In this document: piece after piece, positions 28,652 through 36,330 of the stretch
How the letters are laid out: each line of letters begins with the position of its first letter
How positions within the stretch are numbered: position 1 is the first letter of the stretch
Assembly (NCBI GenBank): GCA_045660725.1
Contig: JAZREG010000097.1
Location: 1 to 58,765, forward strand
Source: Faecousia sp.
Lineage (GTDB): Bacteria; Bacillota; Clostridia; Oscillospirales; Oscillospiraceae
DNA: 58,765 bases
Direction: 5' to 3'
The notes under the pieces: model-generated
What the model saw: only the letters and a program-made list of their open reading frames with translations
Databases searched by the model: none
What the model was told of the DNA's origin: nothing
Position numbers and translations under genes: made by a program

Positions 28652-31600
28652 TCAAGAATTTTGCTCCAGGATCGCCTGGATCTCGTTGCCTGTCAGGTGA
28701 TTCTTTTCCATCAGCACTTCCACCAGCCGATCCAGCCGGGCTTGATTTTCTGTCAGGATCCGGGTGGCTTCCGTCATCTGCTCCGCCAGAATCTGATTGA
28801 CCGCATTGCGGACACTTCCGGACAGCTCACCACCCCGGGCTACGCCGGGATCGATCACCGCCAGGCCGAAGTTGTCGTCCATGCCGTAGCTGCAAACAAT
28901 GTGTTGGGCGGTTCTGGTGGCAGAGGCCAAGTCACCGGAAGCGCCGGTAGAAACGCCGTCCTTGGGGCCGTAATACAGCAGTTCCGCTGCCCGTCCACCC
29001 AGGGAAGTACGGATAAGAGCCAGCAGTTCATCCTTGGTGTACAGGTTCTTGTCCTCGTTTTCGCCGTGGCGCATATAACCGCCGTGGCCGGCCCGGGCCA
29101 CCACCGTCAGGTAGGACGGGGTCTCGCCGCTGTGCCAGCACAGGAAGGCATGACCGGCTTCGTGCCGGGCCACCCGCTGCAGCAGCGCCAGGTCCCACTG
29201 CTTCTTTTCGCCGCTGTGGAAAGTCTCGAAGGCTTCGTCCAGGATCTCATCCGTGACATGCATACCGCCGGCCCGGATCACCATCCGCAGGGACAGCTCC
29301 AGCACCGATTCCAGCTCTGCCAGGCTCATGCCCGTGGAGCGCACCGCCAGATTGTTGATCTTATCCTCCGTCACAGCAAAGGTGGGATTTTTGCCCATCT
29401 TCCACTTCATGTATCGGATGCGGTCTTCCTTATTGGGCAAATCGATGCAGATCTTCCGGTCAAACCGGCGCATCAGGGCGGCGTCCAGGCTCTTATGGCC
29501 GCCGGGGGTTACATCCGCATTGGTCGCTGCCAGCACGAACACCGGCTTGGCCGCGTCACAATGGAAGCCATCCATCTCCGTCAGGAAGGCGGTCAGGGCG
29601 GCATCGGTACTGCGGGTGCCATCGCCGCCACGGGCCATGCCCACCGCGTCGATCTCATCGACAAACAAAATGGCAGGGGCGTACTTCCGGGCAGTGCGGA
29701 ACAGCTCATGGACCCGCTGCTGACCCTCGCCGATATAGGGCTTCAGGAACTCGTTGCCCTCAGCGGCAATGAAGGTCACGCCTGCCTCGGTGGCCATGGC
29801 CTTGGCAAGCAAGGTCTTGCCGGTGCCGGGAGGGCCGTAAAGCAGCACGCCCTTGGGCGGCCGCACACCGGTACCCAAATACTTCTTGGGATCCCGGAGG
29901 TATTCCACAAAATACTTCAGTTCCTGCTTTGCGTCATCCGCGCCAATGACCTGGTCAAAGGTCACATTGGGCTTACTGACGTTACTCATAACATTTTTGC
30001 TATCCTCTGCGTCCATCGCCACGGACAGGCGGAAGTCAAACAGACTGATCTTGGCGATCTTGCCGTCCTGAGACAGCCGCTGAGCGGTCTCAAAGGACAC
30101 CAGCTTGTTGGATTTTGCCAGGCTGTTCATGCTCTCCTGCTGGTGCAGCTGCTCGCAGATGCGGTTGACGGCATCGGCAAATTCTTCCCCTTCGCCGCTG
30201 ACCGTCAGCACACCCCGGACGCCCTGGCGCATGAAGGACAGCTGTTCCTCCTGGCCGATCCGGCATTCCGGCGTCTGCAGCAGGTAGATGGGCAGATCGC
30301 CGCAGTTCTCCCGCAGGTAGCGCAGGCAATCTCTGCCCAGGGAGTCCATATCCTCCAGGTTCAGGTAATCCTTCTGGCTTCTGCGGCCGTAGCGCATATC
30401 CACCAGGGCCAGTTTCACTTCCTGATCCCGCAGGCACTGGATGGCCTCAGGCAGGTCGGTGCAATGAAGCAGTCGGCACTGGGGCTTCTGGGTATCGCAG
30501 GCTTCCAAAACCGCTTCCCCGGCGAACACCATCACCCGGGGCAGCTCCTTGCCCACAAACAGGCTGCGGATCTCCGGATCTTCCTCCGGCAGCTCCACAT
30601 CCAGGTGGATGGTCTCGATGTCCCGGATACCGCCCACATCGGCGCGGGTGCCGGTAAGACGGAACAGTTCGTACAGCTCGTCATCAAAGAATGCCTCCGC
30701 ACGGCCCCGGACGGTTCTGGCGTCCGCAGCACCGCCCTCGGCAAACAGCAGGGCGGAATACACCGCATCGCTGATCTGCACCTGGACGCCGGCCTCCTTC
30801 TGGAAGTTTTCCGCGTGGCGCAGCACCTCTTTCTTGGCGATGTCCCGGAGGTTGTGGGCAGACATATGGTTAAACATGACCACATTGCCGGAAGCGAACC
30901 GGGAGCAGATGGCCGCCGGGAAGAAGGGATTGCCGGTCTCGGGGTTTCTGTCCCGCTCCAGCGCCTTCAGGATCACCTTCCGGGAAAGGGTGGAGAAATC
31001 ACCGGTTTCCGAATCGGTGTACAGCTGCTTGCCTGCGTTGGTGGTGAAGATCATGATCACGTCCTTCAGGCTGATCTCTTCATCCGTATGGTTATCCCGG
31101 ATGCGGCCTGCATCCAGGATCTGCAGGAACAGGTGGATAATGCTCAGGTGGGCCTTCTCGATCTCGTCGAACAGTACCACGCTCTTGGGGTTCTTGCTGA
31201 CGAAGGAGGTAAAGTTGCCGGGCTTACTGTTTTTGTATACCTTATCGCTGCCGCAGAATTCGATGGCAGATTCATTCTCGCAGTATTCGCTCATGTCAAA
31301 GCGCTGGAAGGGCAGATCCATCACCTTGGCCGCACTCTCTGCCAGGTAGGTCTTACCCACGCCGGGAGGGCCGGCGAACAGGAAGGTGGCGCCGGGCTTG
31401 GTGCGCTTCTTGTCGGTCATGGCCAGCATTTCCGCCTGGAAATAGCCGCTGGTAAGTACATTGATGGCATTGTCCTGGCCAAAGACGATCTGACTCAGCC
31501 GATCCCGAATGTCCTTTACCCGCTGGGTCAGCTGCGCCATTTTATCCTTGGCACTTCCGGCAGGAGGGGTCGCAGCAGCGGCAGCCATGGCCTCCGCCTC

Positions 31601-32089
31601 CGCCACCTGTTCAAACAGCCGGTCAAATTTCTGCTCCAGGTCAGCCTGACGGGCTGCGGTGTCTCCGGTGGCGCTGCCGCCGTCCTGGGTGTTGCATTCC
31701 GTTTTTCCCAGGAGCTTTCGGATCACCTCCGTGGGATCTTCCATGATGCACCGGGTCAGCAGGCCGGGGTCGATCTCCCCATCCGCCAGCGCCGAAGCCT
31801 TGGTCAGCACCCGTTTCATGTGCAGATCTCCCAGGAACGCCATGGACACATTGCCCTTAATATGGACCATCAGATCCTGCCGCAGCTTTGTCATATCCAC
31901 GCCGGTGTCCTTGATGAGATTTGCCGCGGCAACCACAGAGTGATCGGCGATCTGCTGAATATCCCACAGCGAATCGATCACCGCCACCAAAAAGCGTTCC
32001 GCTGTCAGGGGCGCATTCTTTTTATCGCCAATATTCTTGGCATACCGCACCAGTGTTTCCAGTGCGGGGCTAAACTTTGCTTCCGTCAT
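28652..32089 (-). CDS. Fusion of Clp-N-like, ClpA/B-D2-type AAA+, receiver-like, FtsH-type AAA+ and M41 zinc protease domains (no TM)
   Basis: First AAA+: GQDNA, FAGPPGVGKT, FDMSEY, LFDEIEKAH, LQILDAG, IFTTNAG. Receiver-like: KLALVDM...LPIYLL. Second AAA+: PKGVLLYGPPGTGKTLLAKA, FVDEIDAVG, LAATN, RRFDR. Protease: HEAGH, LGGRAAE, GASGDL. Confidence 0.88.
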   Translation of the reverse strand: MTEAKFSPALETLVRYAKNIGDKKNAPLTAERFLVAVIDSLWDIQQIADHSVVAAANLIKDTGVDMTKLRQDLMVHIKGNVSMAFLGDLHMKRVLTKASALADGEIDPGLLTRCIMEDPTEVIRKLLGKTECNTQDGGSATGDTAARQADLEQKFDRLFEQVAEAEAMAAAAATPPAGSAKDKMAQLTQRVKDIRDRLSQIVFGQDNAINVLTSGYFQAEMLAMTDKKRTKPGATFLFAGPPGVGKTYLAESAAKVMDLPFQRFDMSEYCENESAIEFCGSDKVYKNSKPGNFTSFVSKNPKSVVLFDEIEKAHLSIIHLFLQILDAGRIRDNHTDEEISLKDVIMIFTTNAGKQLYTDSETGDFSTLSRKVILKALERDRNPETGNPFFPAAICSRFASGNVVMFNHMSAHNLRDIAKKEVLRHAENFQKEAGVQVQISDAVYSALLFAEGGAADARTVRGRAEAFFDDELYELFRLTGTRADVGGIRDIETIHLDVELPEEDPEIRSLFVGKELPRVMVFAGEAVLEACDTQKPQCRLLHCTDLPEAIQCLRDQEVKLALVDMRYGRRSQKDYLNLEDMDSLGRDCLRYLRENCGDLPIYLLQTPECRIGQEEQLSFMRQGVRGVLTVSGEGEEFADAVNRICEQLHQQESMNSLAKSNKLVSFETAQRLSQDGKIAKISLFDFRLSVAMDAEDSKNVMSNVSKPNVTFDQVIGADDAKQELKYFVEYLRDPKKYLGTGVRPPKGVLLYGPPGTGKTLLAKAMATEAGVTFIAAEGNEFLKPYIGEGQQRVHELFRTARKYAPAILFVDEIDAVGMARGGDGTRSTDAALTAFLTEMDGFHCDAAKPVFVLAATNADVTPGGHKSLDAALMRRFDRKICIDLPNKEDRIRYMKWKMGKNPTFAVTEDKINNLAVRSTGMSLAELESVLELSLRMVIRAGGMHVTDEILDEAFETFHSGEKKQWDLALLQRVARHEAGHAFLCWHSGETPSYLTVVARAGHGGYMRHGENEDKNLYTKDELLALIRTSLGGRAAELLYYGPKDGVSTGASGDLASATRTAQHIVCSYGMDDNFGLAVIDPGVARGGELSGSVRNAVNQILAEQMTEATRILTENQARLDRLVEVLMEKNHLTGNEIQAILEQNS

Positions 32090-32110
32090 TGTTCTCTCTC
32101 CTTGCCGTGA

Positions 32111-33937
32111 TTATTTTCCGCTGCCGGGGCTGGCTGCCACTCGGCTGTCTTTCCGCTTGTCTGCATCCGCCAAACGCTCATACGCCACCAAATTGTGGTG
32201 CATTTTCGCCAGGTCATTGCGGCTGCTCCGGTCCGGGCTGCCGCTGTAGATGTAGCCCTCGGAACGCATATAGGCGTTCCAGCGGCGGTGTTCCAAATTT
32301 TCCAGCGCTTTGCGCTCCTCCGGTGTCAGCGTATCCTCAGGCTTTTCCGCCCCGGGGATGCCGCAGCAGATCCGGGCAACGGCATGGATCGCCGTAGCCA
32401 TGGAAGAGCGGTAGCAGTATTCATACCGCCAGAAATCCTCTTCCCGATCTGCATCGCCGTTGCAGTAAGCGCAGTGCCGGGCGAAGGCGTCTGCCTCCAC
32501 CTCCGACTCCAGGATCACATCCTCAGAGTAGAAGGCGGCGATATCGCCCACAAAGTCGATGGCGTAAGGCTGGCCGGCGTAGTTTTTCGCGGCGCTCAGG
32601 GCCTTTTTCGCCTTGCTGCCGGCGATCACCGTGTGGATCAGCGGCTTGGCCCCCACCCGCTCGTAAAGCATTCTCAGGTTCACCGCCGTGGCGATGTTCG
32701 CCTCTTCAGAGCCCAGGGACACGAATACATAGCTGGCAGAGCGCACCGCTGAGGCCAGCGCCGCAAAGCCGCTGGTATCCACATCACAGCCGTCGTGGAC
32801 GGTAATGGTGTACTCCGCCTGCCCCGGCGCACAGACGCCGTTGTACTCCCGGGACATAAGCTCCGGGCATTGGGCCTCCAGCCGTTCCCTGGCCAGGGGA
32901 TCCCGGTCGAAGGCATGGATCTGCAGCCGGTAGCCATCCATTTGGCAGTACCAGGTCAGGGCCTTAAGCATTTCCGTGCCCCGGGAACCCAAGCCCACGA
33001 TTACCGCGGAGATCTGCTTTTGGTCGCTGCCTGAAATGGGTGTGGCAGCCCGGAAGATCTTCTCGCCCTCTTCATAGAGGATCCGGTAAACAAGGGACTT
33101 GATCTCGTTTACCCGGCGAACTTTCATTTTGCCCTTCTCTTTTCCCGCCAGGAGCAGTTCCCCTTCCACACCGGAGGAGAAGATGTACAGATGGGTCTTG
33201 TCCCGCATATTGTAGGACTCCACAAGCCGCAGCGCCTTGTCCATATTCTGCAGTTCATCCTTGCCCATGACGAAAAAGTACAGGCTGTTCCCCGGATGAT
33301 GCAGCCGGAAATTCACGCTGTTGAGATCCTTACGGAAGCAGATGGCCCGCAGCTGCCGGATGGATTCCACCCATTTCGCCGAAGGCTCGCCTGCCTTGTC
33401 CCGGACATCCGTAAAAACGATCTGTGCGGCGGGATGGTGCTGCAGGATATCCCGGGCCAGGGTCACGGACCGTTCATTGGGTTCGGAGAAAATATAGGTC
33501 TCCCGAAAAAACGCCAGAACATAGCGCACATAGGCAGAAACGTTCCGGAAGAACGACAGCACCAAGCCAAAGCTCAGCAGCGGTGCCACCAGCTGCACGG
33601 TCAGGGCGCAGAAAGCATAGATCCCACGAATGCCTTCGGGAGCGGCATCCAACTGCTTCAGCACTACATCCGCCAGCGCTTCACCGCCGAATGCACGCAC
33701 CGCGATCCGCACAGAGAACGCCAGCACCTTAAGCATCGCCAGGGCCTGGCCGCCATAGGTCACGCTGTAAGCCGGGGCCATCAGCAGGATCACCATCAGG
33801 AAGCAGGCGCCAAACCAAATTTGGATCCCCTTCGCTGCCTTTTTGCCTCGGTTCTTGCCGAAGCGGGAGAAAACCGTCAGCGCGAAAGCCCCCAGGGCCA
33901 CCGCAACTGTGCAGAAAAAGCATATGTACCAGATCAT
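32111..33937 (-). CDS. Membrane protein: about 3-4 TM + RCK/Rossmann-like domains + C-terminal RyR domain
   Basis: TM helices in aa 1-130, VIVGLGSRGTEM, VSLGSEEANI, and LEHRRWNAYMRSEGY...RNDLAKMHHNLVAYERL; paralogue of 26326-28632. Confidence 0.72.
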   Translation of the reverse strand: MIWYICFFCTVAVALGAFALTVFSRFGKNRGKKAAKGIQIWFGACFLMVILLMAPAYSVTYGGQALAMLKVLAFSVRIAVRAFGGEALADVVLKQLDAAPEGIRGIYAFCALTVQLVAPLLSFGLVLSFFRNVSAYVRYVLAFFRETYIFSEPNERSVTLARDILQHHPAAQIVFTDVRDKAGEPSAKWVESIRQLRAICFRKDLNSVNFRLHHPGNSLYFFVMGKDELQNMDKALRLVESYNMRDKTHLYIFSSGVEGELLLAGKEKGKMKVRRVNEIKSLVYRILYEEGEKIFRAATPISGSDQKQISAVIVGLGSRGTEMLKALTWYCQMDGYRLQIHAFDRDPLARERLEAQCPELMSREYNGVCAPGQAEYTITVHDGCDVDTSGFAALASAVRSASYVFVSLGSEEANIATAVNLRMLYERVGAKPLIHTVIAGSKAKKALSAAKNYAGQPYAIDFVGDIAAFYSEDVILESEVEADAFARHCAYCNGDADREEDFWRYEYCYRSSMATAIHAVARICCGIPGAEKPEDTLTPEERKALENLEHRRWNAYMRSEGYIYSGSPDRSSRNDLAKMHHNLVAYERLADADKRKDSRVAASPGSGK

Positions 33938-33972
33938 GCCACTTCTCCTTTTTCCCAAATTATCTTGATTCT

Positions 33973-34001
33973 ATTATACTTCGCGCCTGCGAATCTGTCA
34001 A
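33973..34001 (-). promoter_or_regulatory. Perfect sigma-A consensus promoter for the RyR/Clp-FtsH operon
   Basis: TTGACA (34001-33996), 17-nt spacer, TATAAT (33978-33973). Confidence 0.85.
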
Positions 34002-34019
34002 CGATTCCCCCGTGGTTTC

Positions 34020-34046
34020 AAAGAAAAACCGCCCATTCGGGCGGTT
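34020..34046 (-). terminator. Intrinsic terminator
   Basis: AACCGCCCGAATGGGCGGTTTTCTTT. Confidence 0.7.
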
Positions 34047-34051
34047 AAATC

Positions 34052-34933
34052 TTAGTCCTCATCCTCTTCCGTGTCATCGTCATCGGTATGGGACGCAATG
34101 ATATTGCGGATCTCCCGGAGATTACTCAGGGTCAGCCCCTCGCAGATCTCCGCAGTAGCCCACCGGGCCGCCTCCTTGAACTCCTCGCTGCACAGAATGG
34201 AATGTTCGATCTTCATAAGGCAAGCCTTGGCCGCCTCTTCATATTCTTCCTTTCCAGGCAGATCCAGCTGGGCGACCAGCGCCTCCACCAGCTCATAACC
34301 CAGGGCCTTCTTATTGGCTTTTCCCGTGTACCGGACAGGCCGGGGTATTTCCCCGCTCAGCTGCCGGCTCAGCAGGCCGCCACGCACATGGCCCTTGCAC
34401 CATTTGGGGACAAATGCCAGCTGCAGCAGCGGCTCCGGATCCACATCCAGCCCCACCGCATTGACCAGAATGGGGTTGGCGATATAGGCCTCCAGGACAT
34501 TTTCCGTTTCCGGGATCCGGGCGTCCTTGATCCGCTCCACCGTTTCCCCGGTCACGGAGCAGAAAAAACCATCCCCAAAGATATGGGCCAGCCCATGGCT
34601 GCACAGCTCCTCCACCGTTTCCCGATACCGCTCCCGCCGCAGACCTGTGATGCCATCGCCATCGAGCATTTCCAGGGCATGCAGCTGCTGAGAGGTAAGC
34701 ACATCTGCCAGTGCCTGGCACGCCTCCTGGGACAGCTCCTGCGGTGCAAGCAGCTTTGTATTCAGCTCGTAAAAAATACCGCTGACCTGCTTTCCTGCCC
34801 AGCAGGCCTCCTGCAGCTGCTTCAGGGCCGCCTTCGCCTCGGGATAGCTGCACCCAAGGGCCTTCTGCAGTTGGGGCAAAGAAACGGTGGCTTCCCCCTG
34901 CAAAATGGGACGATAGCTTTCTAATTCACGCAT
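34052..34933 (-). CDS. Hypothetical protein with an N-terminal FtsK-gamma-like winged HTH and an acidic tail
   Basis: AAGGAGG RBS before ATG 34933; VSLPQLQKALGCSYPEAKAALKQL resembles the FtsK gamma motif. Confidence 0.55.
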   Translation of the reverse strand: MRELESYRPILQGEATVSLPQLQKALGCSYPEAKAALKQLQEACWAGKQVSGIFYELNTKLLAPQELSQEACQALADVLTSQQLHALEMLDGDGITGLRRERYRETVEELCSHGLAHIFGDGFFCSVTGETVERIKDARIPETENVLEAYIANPILVNAVGLDVDPEPLLQLAFVPKWCKGHVRGGLLSRQLSGEIPRPVRYTGKANKKALGYELVEALVAQLDLPGKEEYEEAAKACLMKIEHSILCSEEFKEAARWATAEICEGLTLSNLREIRNIIASHTDDDDTEEDED

Positions 34934-35025
34934 AAAAAACAGCCTCCTTCGTTCTGTGTCTGTTTCCCTGTAGGGATTCCTGTCAAACACTATAACGAAG
35001 AAGGCTTCTGTTTTTCGCATGGATT

Positions 35026-36273
35026 TCAGCAGAATTTGCAAGTCTCCCGGATCAGGGCCGCATCCGACAGGGTGGCTGCATTCTTCACCACCCGGATGCC
35101 CATATCCGATGCCCGCTTCGCCAGGTACTGGTTGGCAGATTTTCTTTCATCCAACTTGGATACCACCAGCACCTTCCGGGCGTAGCGTCCACCGAAGCGC
35201 TGGGCTACGGTGGCCAGCTTGTATAGCTCTTCCATTTTGACGCCGCCGTTTTTACAGGAAACGAACACCGGCACCACGCCCCGCATCAGCATCACATCGA
35301 TCTCGTTTTTGGTTTCCACCTCTTCTCCATCGCCGTGGACATCTCCGTCCCAATCGATATTGACGCCGGTAAGCACATCATTGTAATGGGGAAGACCGTC
35401 CTCCCGGGCGTCCAGGGCAGCTAAGTACACCCGCATTTCCAGGAATCTGCCAGCCTTGGTCAGGAAATATTTCACCAGCGCGTCCCGGCAGGTCACCCGC
35501 AGCTCCCCGTTATCCTTGGACCAGCTTACCAGCAGGCCTTTATTGTGCATGGCATTCATCAGGCCCGAATTGACCAGGTATCCCATTTTATTATCTTCCA
35601 TATACCACTTCAGGGTCTCGATCTTTACGCAAGCCGTCAGAGAGTCGTCTGTTTCCTCCGTCAGGTGGAAAGCCGCCTGGAGCGTATCGATCTGCTTGTT
35701 CCACATTCCCGGCTCCTTGGGCTGGACCGACAGGATCTCCTTCAGGGTATGGCGCAGCTCCGGTGTATCCTCCCAGCGGACGGTACCTTCCGGGTTCTTC
35801 TCCGACTGCCAGATAATGTCGCCGCCGTGGGCCCAAATATTTTCCTCCACCGTCAGCACAGGATGCTCCTTCTCCTGGATGGTAATGCCGTCCTGGTCAC
35901 AATCGACGATGGTGTGGCTGCTGATATTGTAGCGGTGCATCTGCACATTGCGCTCCTTATACCGCTCGCTGACGATGCCCATGGCCATCAGGTACAGGTC
36001 ATCGCCGCCGGTTAGGTCGAACACGCAATCGGCATAGGTTTCCACGATCTTGGAAAGGGCATCCACAATGGTCTGCATCTGATACTGCTTGATCTCGCAG
36101 ACATCGAAATCCACCGTGTATCCCCGACTTTCAAACAGCCGTTGGTAGCGTTTTTTATGCTTGTTCAGGAGTTTTTCACTATTTCCCACCAGCACCACCC
36201 GCTCCGGCACATTGATCAGGCTGGCGCAGAGATTCTCGCTGACGGTATTGTCCAAAAATTCAATATAGGTCAC
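35026..36273 (-). CDS. Card1/Can2-like (DUF1887) CARF + restriction-endonuclease-fold nuclease
   Basis: CARF signature VFDLTGG; C-terminal GRFLEMRVY, NEIDV, FVSCKNG, LYKLATVAQRFGG (E-x-D...SCK nuclease motif). Confidence 0.82.
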   Translation of the reverse strand: MTYIEFLDNTVSENLCASLINVPERVVLVGNSEKLLNKHKKRYQRLFESRGYTVDFDVCEIKQYQMQTIVDALSKIVETYADCVFDLTGGDDLYLMAMGIVSERYKERNVQMHRYNISSHTIVDCDQDGITIQEKEHPVLTVEENIWAHGGDIIWQSEKNPEGTVRWEDTPELRHTLKEILSVQPKEPGMWNKQIDTLQAAFHLTEETDDSLTACVKIETLKWYMEDNKMGYLVNSGLMNAMHNKGLLVSWSKDNGELRVTCRDALVKYFLTKAGRFLEMRVYLAALDAREDGLPHYNDVLTGVNIDWDGDVHGDGEEVETKNEIDVMLMRGVVPVFVSCKNGGVKMEELYKLATVAQRFGGRYARKVLVVSKLDERKSANQYLAKRASDMGIRVVKNAATLSDAALIRETCKFC

Positions 36274-36285
36274 GGTTTTTCTCCT

Positions 36286-36320
36286 TAGAAAGGGGGCGGC
36301 GGAGGAAATCCCGCCGCCCC
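36286..36320 (-). terminator. GC-rich hairpin between the giant gene and the CARF nuclease
   Basis: Minus strand GGGGCGGCGG-GATTTCCT-CCGCCGCCCCCTTTCT. Confidence 0.55.
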
Positions 36321-36330
36321 GTAATGTTCG

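Noticed and set aside
34934-36330. CRISPR array or cas genes near the CARF nuclease
   Set aside because: No regularly spaced direct repeats or cas ORFs were found anywhere in the window.
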